A stretch of 64,000 nucleotides of DNA from positions 73,811,972 through 73,875,971 of the forward strand of contig NC_068990.1 in assembly GCF_001194135.2 (NCBI RefSeq), in the 5' to 3' direction. How positions within the stretch are numbered: position 1 is the stretch's first letter; each line of letters begins with the position of its first letter. Source of the DNA: Octopus bimaculoides (Eukaryota). The notes beneath the pieces are model-generated. The model ran no database searches and had not been told where the DNA came from. It worked only from the letters and a program-made list of their open reading frames with translations. Below are positions 1 through 11,684 of the stretch, one piece after another. A program made the position numbers and the translations under genes.

Positions 1-140
1 ATATATATATATATATTTATATGTATATATATATATTTATATATATATATATATAATTACATATACATTTATAATTATATATATGTAATTATATATATAT
101 ATATATAAAAATATAGTTATAAATATATATATATATATAA
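1..140. repeat. Degenerate (TA)n microsatellite; one of dozens of (TA)n/(CA)n/(TATG)n/(TATC)n tracts in the window
   Basis: Directly visible. Confidence 0.95.
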
Positions 141-399
141 TTTAATAAACACAGTACATATTTTTATGAGCTACTAATAGTTTCAAGCAACAAAAACAAC
201 TCAGACAGCATTTTATAACATGTCTGGTGACATTATGTAACCCTTAGGCTCTGCCCATATGACATAAGCTAAAACAGGATGGTAGAATAAGAGATGAAGT
301 GCTTTTGTTGTTGATCTTACTGTCATGGAACAGTATACTACACACACACACACACATCACTGTAATGACCAAATTACTGGATGTTGTAATGTTGCTATA

Positions 400-672
400 C
401 ACTGCCAGCCAGAATGCAAGGAAGCATATTGTGACCAGCGGTGCAGGTTTTGAATGATGCCAACCTTCTGGCTAGGCAGGTAGGCTAACATTTCTTCTAA
501 GCAAAATACCTATCAGTCTATCAGCTATAGGGTTATCTACTTACATCTGAGTTGACAGGAGCAATGTGAAATGAAGTATTTTGCTTCTGAATACAACACC
601 TCACCTGTCTAGGGATTTAATCTATGATCTTGTGATCATGAGTGGAGCACCCTAACAGCTTGGCCATGAGCC
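400..672 (-). mobile_element. Old tRNA-derived SINE (related to family C below)
   Basis: The reverse complement gives a head 'ggctcatggccaagctgttagggtgctccactcatgatcacaagatcatag' and body 'atacttcatttcacattgctcctgtcaactcagatgtaagt', similar to 26760-27070 and 52660-52810. Confidence 0.55.
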
Positions 673-799
673 CTCATGCACACACACACACATGAATGTG
701 CATGTGTTTATATATATATATATATATATATATAGGTTCAAAAAAGGAAAAAGACAAAAATAACAACAATAAAAAACAACAACGTGAGGACGTGACGCA

Positions 800-1130
800 G
801 ATAGTGTTACTAGACGCTCGGGAAAGGAAAGAGAGAGAATATGAAGTTTCGAGTGGAGCTCTTCATCGGAAACAAGGAAAGTCCAAAGAAGGGAAAAACG
901 GAGGAAGGAAAAATAGCCACCGATGTCCACGAGGTTACATTGTTACATACATATTCAAATTGAGGGAATGAAGCAGGTAAAATCCAGGTGACATATGTTT
1001 CCTTGCTAGTAGATCCTCGGAAGTAAAAATTACTCAATGCTAGTTACCCTGCTAGCTACTCATCTGGCTGAAGATACCTTAATTATATGAAGGTTACATT
1101 GTTATAAAGGAACCCCAAGTTAATTCGTTG
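800..1130 (-). mobile_element. Interspersed repeat fragment, possibly a Penelope-like terminal repeat
   Basis: The minus strand contains 'ccgatga agagctccactc gaaacttc', a decayed minimal-hammerhead-like layout typical of PLE terminal repeats. No ORF homology was recognised. Confidence 0.3.
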
Positions 1131-1278
1131 GAGAGATAATTTGAAATAATTTTAAATTTCAAATTACACCTATTTATATATATATATATATATATTATTA
1201 ATAAATCTCGTCCTATTATAGATATCTCTCTTATGTGTTTAAATGTACACTGTATCTATCTATCTATCTATCTATCTA

Positions 1279-1334
<56 letters not shown>

Positions 1335-1793
1335 CTTGATCTCCTATATAATGTGGGGTTTGTGTAGGAGTACAGAATACAGCATTATATACCTTGATAA
1401 GATCTCCCATAAGGACTCATTCTCCATATAAGCACTTTTAATTATATCATTATATAAAATAAAAACCGTTTGCTATGCCCGCCGGAACTCTCAGATCACG
1501 TGATTTCACCCAGCTATGGGTTCCTCAGTGACAGATGTCTAGCCATGGCATAACAGCCAAATCTCCCGTCAACCTCCACATTAAATGAGAAACATTCTGG
1601 TATTAATAATATTTCTGTCACTATTAATTATTCTGTAATAAGTCCATGGGCTACTTGCAGCACCAGTGCTTTAATAGACACTGATATTCTGTATATCATT
1701 GATGAGAGATTCGACTGTTCTTACTCCATCTCTTCATCAAAGGGGAGTTCAACATTACCTTTTGGTATTGATATAGTTTCTGTTACTATTAGT

Positions 1794-1830
<37 letters not shown>

Positions 1831-1938
1831 ATGTGTGCGTGTGTTTGCACATATAAGTATATATATGCATACATATATATAGAGAGAGAAAGGGAGAGAA
1901 AAAGAAAGAGAGAGAAAGAGGAGAGAGAGCGAGATAAA

Positions 1939-2940
1939 GATAAATATGACTTGTTTATGGGGTTACCTGAGGTTTCCATTTCTTCAGTTTCTAAACCCAT
2001 TGTCCTATGTCATCTCTTGCAAATGGCCTCTCTAGAAAATGGAGGAGGAAAAGACTTTATTACTATGTTTCATCAACATGGGAAATGTCCCACTTTGACC
2101 GCTATCTGCATTTGATCCTGTTGGCATGTGGATCCCAAGACATCAGCAGAAATTTCCTGAAGTGCAAACAGGGTCCGGAAACTTCAGTTCTGGAGTTAAG
2201 AATGTTGTGCAGGTCGAAGGAGTCCTTTAATATCCTCGTCCCCTTGGCTATGCACAGCTTGCAATACGTGGTCCCATCGATGTAGGGTCCTGGATTTTCT
2301 AGGACCTTCATCATCAACAGCATTACAACCAATGATGTCCCCTATGCCAGCATTAACGGCACCAGCACCAGCACCAACACCAACAACACCAGCGGAAGTA
2401 GCAGTGTCGATATCAACAGAAACAGTGTTGTCAACAACCGCACACGAAGATACATAGGATGTTCTGGAAACACATTCAAGCAGCACCTCTCCAAGCACAC
2501 GTCCTCTTTCAGGATTCTGGAGAGGAGATACGTTGTGTCCTTAGCCAGCCATGTATGGCGGCTGAAAAATGATGGAACTCCACGCTGATCCTAGAAAATC
2601 CAGGCCTTTACATCAATGTGACCAAGTGTTGTAAGCTGTGCATAGTCAAATGGACTGAGGACTCCCTTGACCCGGAGAACCTCCTTAACTCCAGAACAGA
2701 AGTTTTCTTCAGGAAATTCCTGCTGAGGTCCTGGGATGAACATACCAACAAGATCAATTATGGAGAGTGGTCAAAGTGAGATAATCTCTTGTTGTTGACA
2801 AATAGTAATGAAGTATTTTCTTCCTCCATTTCCTAGAGATGCCATAAGCCAACAGGTTTAGAGTCTAAAGAAACGCTGTAAAGCTAAGTGTTTTATGGAC
2901 ATGAAACCCTGGGTAACCCCATAAACTGGTCATATCTATC
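1939..2940 (+). mobile_element. Penelope-like retroelement (PLE) 3' end with GIY-YIG endonuclease remnant and an inverted copy of the same end
   Basis: The plus strand 2430-2780 translates (one frameshift) to RRYIGCSGNTFKQHLSKHTSSF...SLASHVWRLKNDG/ILENPGLYINVTKCCKLC...NLLNSRTEVFFRKFLL, the PLE GIY-YIG C-terminus. The minus strand 2304-1939 encodes the homologous VLENPGPYIDGTTYCKLC...NILNSRTEVSGPCLHFRKFLL plus the same 3' UTR. Confidence 0.85.
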
Positions 2941-3187
2941 TTTATATATTCTACTACTCTATCACTTAGAGTGTGCTTCTTTTTTGATTTATGATTTACT
3001 GACGATATATATACATATATATACTTACGTAGTATAGCTGTAGAAATTTTAAAGTAAACAGTTTCTCTTCATTTTTGAAAATAATTTACACCAATAATGA
3101 TAATGATTGTTGAGTTATAATTTTTACAAGCCAGAATAATGTCATAATATATATATGCTGTATATAACTCAAGCAAATGACAGAAAT

Positions 3188-3219
<32 letters not shown>

Positions 3220-3614
3220 TGTATGTATGTATGTATGTATGTATGTATGTACGTATGTTTGTATGTATGTACGTACACTCTTTGTTACCAGATATATAAT
3301 CAACCTCTAAGTATATGTAAACTGGCACTTGTCTTCAGTAACTGGATCCACATTTTGTTTTTAAATAATATGAATATATCACACACATGTAATTTCATTT
3401 AACTCTCACTTTAATGAAACCTTTCACAAATTGACATCAATAGTGCAAGACCATGGTGAATATAAATATATTTCACTTGTGTATGAGACAGTTCAATGAC
3501 CAATGTGAGTCCATCAAAAATTCTTCCTTAAACATTTGCACACAGATATTTATACATATGCATGCTACACAGGTACTCACAAGTATGTATAGTATACATA
3601 TATCTATCTGTCTG

Positions 3615-3654
<40 letters not shown>

Positions 3655-3780
3655 ACTAACTAACTATCTCTCTATGCATATATATATATTACATATAATA
3701 TATATTATATCTATATATATTATATCTACATATATTATATATTATGAATATACACACACACACACACACACATATATTCC

Positions 3781-4039
3781 TTCTTTTGCTTGTTTCAGTC
3801 ATTTGACTGCAACCATGCTGGAGCACTGCCTTTTGTTGAACAAATTGACCCCAGGACTTATTCTTTGTAATCCTAGTAGTTATTGTATCGGTCTCTTGTG
3901 CCAAACCGCTAGAATACAGGGATGTAAACACACCATCGGTTGTCAAAGCGATGGTGAGTGGAAAAGCACAGACACACAAACATATGCATACATACACACA
4001 CACACACACATACACACGCACGCACGCACACACACACAA

Positions 4040-4070
<31 letters not shown>

Positions 4071-4232
4071 CACGATGGGCTTCTTTCAGTTACCACCTAC
4101 CAGATCCACTTGCAAGGCTTTGGTCGGTGTGAGGCTATAGCAGAAGACACTTGCTCAAAGTACCTTGCAGTGGGACTGAACCCGGAACCACGTGAATGGG
4201 AAGCAAACTGCTTACCACACAGTCACACCTGC
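3781..4232 (-). mobile_element. tRNA-derived SINE family A, full bipartite copy (head, internal CA microsatellite, tail)
   Basis: The minus-strand head 'gcaggtgtgactgtgtggtaagc...ggttccgggttcagtcccactgc' has A/B-box-like motifs and matches the copies at 20481, 56320 and 62123. It resembles described octopus tRNA-SINEs (OK/OR1/OR2 type); the name assignment is unverified. Confidence 0.85.
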
Positions 4233-4416
<184 letters not shown>

Positions 4417-4599
4417 ATATATGCAGGTGTATGAATTGAAAAATATGTCTTGTTTATAATTTCACAAGATTTCATTGCACACAGTGAATTGCATTTATTT
4501 CAGAAATATGCTGCAACTCTAGTATATTATTCATTACTTCTCAAAAAATACTTGTATGTAATGAGATTTATTTGTATATTCACACATACAATATAATAA

Positions 4600-6250
4600 A
4601 GATACTTTATTTATATACTATGCTTAATTTGTATTATATTCTTAGACATTACATGCATTATTAGTTAGACTAGAAGAAATTGCCATGTCTTTTATGAGTG
4701 AAGTATGCAACAAAACTAGTTGCTGTTGTAAAATTCAAAAATGCCCTGAGAACCACATTTGCCATCTTTGCATAAAACTTGCATGAAAGTGTTTTGAAAT
4801 CTACATGTTGAATGCAATAAACATCATGTTTCTATCTGCCTTCAATGTTCCAACATTCCAGTCAAAAAAGAAAAAAATAAAGAAAAAGATTCCAGTGCAA
4901 TACAAGTCACATTATGATTCTATAATGGAATGGATGGGCTGTGGGTAATGGCCCATTTACAAATTGGGCCTTTCAGTACCTGACCTTTGTGTCTTCTATC
5001 ATCGCAATGGAGCAGAAATCCAGAAATCAGCCATCTGTTGGGAATTTGTGAATCTTTGACAATCAGTCTCTGATTTGAAGTTTAAGATAGCAGATATTTG
5101 AGATGATGTAAAACAAAATGTTCAGAAAAGAACAATGAGAGATCATGTTGGATTGTCTTTCTTACAAATTCTGATACAGCTACGATCGAATCAAGATACA
5201 TTGAGAAAGCTACAGAATTTGCCAAGCTTGGTGTGATTGCTATTGAATGTAGTTGAGGAAATCATTGATCTTCAGACATTTGCCCATGACTCATCCAAGG
5301 ATTTTAATTGTGTTTTTCCAAAAACTGTTCATCATCTGAATTGACTGGGACCAAAACTTAGATTAGTGAGACTGACCATCTTGAATTCTATCAAGGACCA
5401 TGCATACCATTTAGCATCTGATAAGGCTAGTCAAGATCAAATGACTTATCAAACTCATTCCTCGTTTACCACCTGATATAAAAATTGTAGCTTCTTGAAC
5501 AATAAACTCAATACAAAAATGAGAGTTTTAGTGTAAATTATGGTAGACAGATCTGAAAATTTGTCAGGTCTAGCTTTACATGGAAAATGATGTTAGACCA
5601 ACTATGTGCTGCAATGCAAAAACCATGGGAAAATAAACCAGAATAATATGCCATTTTCTATGGATCATGTCGGTTCAAATCCAGTTATAAATGACTGTGC
5701 AAAAGGTCCATGTTTCTGACTCTTACATTCAAAGTATTTCCTGATATATTTATAGTCACAGAAACACATGTGCATTCTTTAATCTGCGATTTTTGTCTTG
5801 CATAGCTGGCCAAAACTTATTTCACAAAGACCATTCTAACAGAAACAAGGGAGGGGTGATGCTTGAAGATCTATGTTTGAGGGTCACAATTTTCCAGCAA
5901 TTTCTGGTGACAATTTCAATCAGTTGTATCAAGAAATATTTTTCTGGGACATTTGTATAAACACATCAACACTTCCACTTGAAAATATTTACTATCCCTC
6001 AAACTACCATCAAGGCACACAGCTTTTTGACATCCTCACAGCTACATTTTTTCAACACTGATGATTTGAAATACTCAGAGTATAATGCTGGATTCAAAAT
6101 GGTCTGAAGTAGTCATCAGGGTCACAAGAGGTAACAACACTTTACATATGCTATTCATTACTGCTCCTGGAAACTGTTATCTGTGTCACTAATAGGGATT
6201 ACTGCTGAAACAGTCACAACAAGCTAGAACAGATTTAACAAGGCATCTTG
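4600..6250 (-). mobile_element. Highly decayed CR1/L2-group LINE, RT region to 3' end
   Basis: Minus-strand frames give, in order, DPDDYFRP (~6110, cf. DPxNYRP), FVLHHLKY (~5110, cf. LVLSHLEY) and SFMQRWQMWFS (~4780, cf. FFxQRVVxxWNxLP), with many stops and frameshifts. Confidence 0.5.
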
Positions 6251-6715
6251 TCTGACCCTCTTACAGTTTTGTCAATTTGCTAACTTTTTGAGTGGTACAT
6301 TTTTTTTATTGATCCTGAAGGCTTGAAAGGCAATGTTGACCCCAACAGGATTTGAATTCAAAATAGTGAGAGCTGAAACAACTACTGTGGGGAATTCTTG
6401 CCAATTCACCATTGTATGTTGGCTATATCTTGATCTTTCTGATAAAGCTGCACTGGTTGTTACTTTATCAGAAAGATATCAAGATAGTTATGTTTAAATG
6501 CATTGCTAATGTCAATGGCAATAGAATTCCTTTCTCATTTACAAGAAACCTGTTGCATATGACACAAGAAAAGTCGTGAGTAGATCTTGAATTAGCATTT
6601 TGTACCTATGAGCCAAGCACTGTACAATACGTGCTTAATAATTCTTACAATAGATGTCATCTCAGTGTTCAGAGGCAGGAATTATGCAAGTCTTAAATAT
6701 TATTTTCTACTCTAT

Positions 6716-6890
6716 GAAGGGGCCAGTCGATTAGATTGACCCCAGTACACAATTGGTACTCAATGTATCAACCCTGAAAGGGTAAAAGGCATAGTCAAAC
6801 TTGGTGGAATTTGAACTCAGAACATAAAAACAAATGAAATACTGCTAAGCATTTCGCCCTGCTTGTCAACATTTCTGCCAGCTCGCCACC
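6716..6890 (-). mobile_element. tRNA-derived SINE family B with 18-bp target-site duplication
   Basis: The minus-strand head is 'ggtggcgagctggcagaaatg...gttctgagttcaaattccacc'. The direct repeat aagtcttaaatattattt flanks it at 6688-6705 and 6895-6912. Confidence 0.9.
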
Positions 6891-8208
6891 ATGAAAGTCT
6901 TAAATATTATTTGACAACATGATTGATATCATGCTAATATTTCTTTAGACATTTGTGCATGTTCTCCAATATCCATCTTTTTCATTTTAGTAAACTACCG
7001 AAAAAGCTTTCCAGTCTAAATAACACTGCAGTTATATACCTAAAATATCTTTTTTTATACTTTTTGTAATATATAATATTCTTGGTACACTGTTGCTTTT
7101 CTTTCTGTCAAAGGATTCAAATTTTGGTCTTCTGAAACAAACACTGAACAAGAGAAATTACAGAAATACTGGTGAGATATAAATTTATTGCTGAGTAATC
7201 TGATGAAATGAGAAAACAATTATCATCAAACTAATTTCAGAATAGGTTTTTAGTTTTTCTTTCAATGTTCAGATAAAAACAGAAAACCACAAGAATCAAT
7301 AAAAGATGGTAAATTACTAAATTGGATATTTTGCTAGCTTACAAACATTCCTTACTTTAATTGTTGACAATTATTTTAGAACAGAAAAGTAAAAACAAAA
7401 AAAAAATCTATTTATTCTTTCTTCCTTTTTTTTTTCTATGTCAATCAGACTTGAATAATCACATTGAAGGGTGGAAGGAAAGAAGGAGATAAAAAAAAAC
7501 GAGACAAAATATATTTGACATTCCAATATAGACACACACACACACACACACACAGTAGAAATGTTTCAACTTATTCAATAGAAAATCATTTTCGAATTGT
7601 ATGATGGTGAAAAAAAAAATTATTGAAAAATCTCTATGTAAACAGCTGATTTATTATTATTTTTTTCTTTAGAAAATCATTTAAAAATACCTTTATGAAT
7701 TCTTTTAGAATTGTTGTCTTGTTTCACTGAAATTTAATTCTACGCTGTGAAATTTTATATGTGTATTATTGTTATTGTTATAAAGCTATTGTACTTTAGT
7801 ACTACTATATATATATAAGAGGTCATTACCTGTCTCATATAAACAACTTCTCTGACAATGAATGCTATAATAGTGAAAGTGAAACAATACTTAACACAAC
7901 TTACACAGAATTTCTTGTTTAAAATTCAGTGCTAGAACTGAAGGACTTAAAAGAGATAATTACTTTTACATTTTCCACAATTAGTGATTCATTGGTAGAT
8001 AGAAATAAATGAATAAATAAATAAACAAACAGATAAATAAACAAATAATAAGCTAAAATAAAATAAATAATCACCATGTAAGAAAAAAAAAACATTGAAA
8101 TAAAAATGAGTCTGAATAGATTGTTGTAGATAAATAATATAGTTTTTAATCAATAGTTCTTTAAATGAGTCATTCAAGTAAAATTTAGAGTCATTGATCA
8201 CACATGTA

Positions 8209-8244
<36 letters not shown>

Positions 8245-8249
8245 CACAC

Positions 8250-8286
<37 letters not shown>

Positions 8287-8872
8287 TAGACACATAATAA
8301 ACACATGAAAAATTTAAATTTCCAACAAACTAGAAACTAAGAAAAATTAAAATCCTACTTTAAAAATAATTCAACATTTGATAATAGCATTCAAGAACTC
8401 ACAAAAAAAAAAAGGAAGTAAAAGTCATATGATTTTAAAATTTTGGATTCAAAAAGAATGTAAATACCTTATTTTATATGACATATGCATATATATATAT
8501 ATATATATCTTAAGAAAATGAGAACAAAATAGCTACTATAACATAAAACAAAACAAAAAATATTTATCAAGTCTGAATGAGGTTTCAACAATGCAATGAG
8601 AAAGTCAGTGGAATTAGTGAATGCATAGTAGCAATGTTTTATGAAACATCTTTGTATTTCTATTATATGAAGAAATATTGTTCCTTTTAGTACGTAAAGC
8701 ACTTTTGGAAAGGAAAAAAAAATATCATTTACTGAAATAAAAGATGAGATCATATTATAACACAGATTTACATATATGAATAGATACAGTAACTCAAGAA
8801 GCCATATACATACAAAAATATTGCAGAAACTGTTGTTGTTGTTGTCATTTTTATTGTTGCTGCTGTCGTTGT

Positions 8873-8943
<71 letters not shown>

Positions 8944-8957
8944 TTATTATTATTATA
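8873..8957. repeat. (TAC)n(TAT)n microsatellite immediately 5' of the HERO-like LINE
   Basis: Directly visible. Confidence 0.95.
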
Positions 8958-8959
8958 AG

Positions 8960-10838
8960 ACTTGTAAGAAGAGGACAGAGCAGTGTGGATCATCTGATCG
9001 TAAAACACGTGGCAAATCATCTCCGGATTCGAACCACTGCAGATCGATAAATGCTACAGCAAAGACCTCTTCCCGACAGGAAACTGCAGGTTAGGAGACT
9101 GATGCATCAGATAGTACTCGGAGGAAACTGAGGGTTCAGTGGCCTGCTGTTAATGAGAAAGGAAGATATAAAGAGTTTGAGGACAAGGCATGTCACGCTC
9201 TGTATAGAGTGGCAAGATCTACACTGGAGAAACTGGGAAAATTAGCAAGCTCAATATATGATATAGAAAAGGAATTACTTGGAGTGAAATATGGAACCCG
9301 ATTAGTGAAAGGAAAGTGTGGACCAAGCAGGAGGACCAGGAAAATGAAACAGTTGAGGAGAGTAAAGAACAGCTTAAGAAAGCAATGGAAATGGGCGGAA
9401 GAAGGCGAAAAACCAGGCCTCGTACAGCTGTACGAATATTTAAAAAGGAAATGCCGTTCTGTGCAAGGGCATATCTGCCGATATAAATGAAGAAAAGAAC
9501 GCAAAAGGATGCGTGAACAGTTTCTGAAAAACCCGTACGGCATTACCAAGAAGCTGTTCACTGAACTGAAGAGTGGCACCTTATTATGCATAAAAGAAGA
9601 ATTGGTTGCTCATATGAAAGACGCCTACGGTGATCTAAACTGTAACCAGCCACTGCCACCTATAAATAGGTTAAAGCATTTCTTAGAACCTGATATCGGA
9701 TTTCAAATTGCGGACATCAGGGAGAAAGAGGTGAATGATTTTATGAAAAAAGCTAGAGTAAAGAGTGCCCCAGAAGGTGATGGTATCTCGTATAAAGGAT
9801 ATAAATATTGCAATCATCTATGAAAGAAGTTCTTTGTAACTGATCCGACAGCTGTGACGCGAAGAGACTAGTAAAGGATTGGTGTAAAGCAGAAGACATA
9901 TACCTGCCGAAGAAGGCCGATGCAGAAACTATAAAACAGTTTAGGCCGATATGCTTATTGAATGTGAAAGGCAAGATTTTTATGGGAATTCTCTCAAGAA
10001 CAGTGACTTATATACAGTGTAGTGAATATATTGATGAATCAGTTCAAAAGGCCTTAATTTTTGGATGAGTTGAGCATTATTTTTCAGTTTGGAAAGCGAT
10101 CCAGGATGCCAGACAGAACAAGACAAGTCTGAACGTGGTATGGCTTGATCTAGCTAATGCATATGGCTCAGTGCCTCACGAATTACTGGTGAGAGCCATG
10201 GACCACTTCCACATTCCGGAGAAAGTAACAAGGTTAACGAAGGTATATAATGACAGTTTCGAGACGAGGTTTACAGCTGGAAATTTTACAACAGATTGGC
10301 ATCAAATGGAGATTGGCATTGCTGCTGGCTACACAATATCTGTCACGTGGTTTATCCTAGTCATTGAGATGATTTTGAAAACAGCTGACTTTTCGGAACA
10401 AATCGCCCATGCACAATAACTTAAGAATGCCTTAATGGATGACGTGACACTTCTGTCGACAGACAAGAACATTTTGCAGAGTGCCATCTTGAGGTTAGGC
10501 GAGCTTGTGAAGTGGTCAAGGATGCGATTCAAGGCAAAAAATGTCGCGTAGTCTGACATTTATTAAGGGAGTGCAAAAAGAAGTTAAGTTTAAAATAGCT
10601 GAAGAAAGTATTCCAACAGTCAAGGAAGAACCCGTTAAGAGCTTGGGGTGTGTGTACGCTGGAACATTGTCAGATAGGAGTCGCGGGATGCAAATTATGA
10701 AGCAAACCGAGGGTAGGTTAACAGCAATTGATAACTCAAAGGTACCAGGTAAATATAGAATATGGTGCTTACAATTCGGTTTGTATCCGCGCATTTCGTG
10801 GCCACTTCTAATATACGAGATGGCACTGTCACGAGTTT
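8960..10838 (+). mobile_element. HERO-clade-like non-LTR retrotransposon ORF (N-terminal region plus RT), inactivated, 3' part missing
   Basis: Motifs in order: RVQWPAVNE, FLKNPYGITKKL, FRPICLLNVKGKIF, VWLDLANAYGSVPH, GIAAGYTISV, LMDDVT (RT catalytic), IPTVKEEPVKSLG, QFGLYPRISWPLLIYE. Several stops and frameshifts. Confidence 0.85.
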
Positions 10839-10844
10839 AAATCA

Positions 10845-11085
10845 TGATTTCGCAACTTTCACTCACCTTTCGATAAATTCGCTCGAGGACAGCACTTCTC
10901 TCTCCACTCTCAATTTTCTTTTCAGGTGAATCTTGACAAAGTCAATGAGAACTCTACCAAAAAGGAATGTATCTGTCCTCATGTTTTCCAGCCTTGTCCA
11001 CCTAACAACCTCTTCCGTCACAGCCACCAGGCAAAGGAAAACTGCCTTACCTGCCCGATTGACAGAGCGGCGGTGCTCCATAAGA
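10845..11085 (-). mobile_element. Tx1/L1-clade-like LINE ORF2 C-terminal fragment
   Basis: The minus ORF reads VFLCLVAVTEEVVRWTRL...FLFGRVLIDFVKIHLKRKLRVEREVLSSSEFIER, resembling the 'HLKxKxRVER...F..RW' C-terminus of Tx1-type ORF2. Confidence 0.6.
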
Positions 11086-11086
11086 A

Positions 11087-11684
11087 ATGAGGCACGACCA
11101 GGTTGTAAAAGTTATACGCTGGAAACTATGCCAGAAATAAGGATTTAAAACTGGAAACACATGGTACAATCATTAAGTCGAAAGAGTGCTAGAGTCGGAG
11201 AAATGTTAGATTTTGTGGGACTCTCCTATTCAAACGGACGAGAAATTAGAAAATAACAGACCAGACATTACGATTATAAATAAGCAAAAGCGAAGTCGCT
11301 TACTTATCAACCCATCATGCCCATTTGATTCCAGGGTCGTAAAGAAAGAGGAAGAAAAAAAGTCAAACAAAAAAACCCTTAAAATTTGAAATTTGGAATT
11401 TGGAGCATGTGAACAATAAAGGTTGTGCCTATAATAATTGGTGCATTAGGAACAGTGAGCCAATATATAGAATAATGGCTGGAGGAGATTGAAATAGTAT
11501 GCCCGGCAGATCTTCTGCAGAAAACTTGTCTCTTGGTGACAGTAAGGGTTATCAAGAGGGTTCTAAACACTTGAACGACAGCTGAAAACTTGTGGATACC
11601 TAAGGTTATAGGTAGTATCCCGCTATTCACACAATTCCTACCAAAAATAAGATCGAAACTGAGCCAAACCAAAATAATAATAAT
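11087..11684 (+). mobile_element. R4/Dong-clade-like non-LTR retrotransposon 3' end (restriction-like endonuclease domain plus tail)
   Basis: The translation reads MRHDQVVKVIRWKLCQK*G...WYNH*VERVLE...ILWDSPIQTDEKLENNRPDITII...LINPSCPFD, then VVPIIIGALGTV...LQKTCLLVTVRVIKRVL. It ends in an (AAT)n tail at ~11672-11684. Confidence 0.85.
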
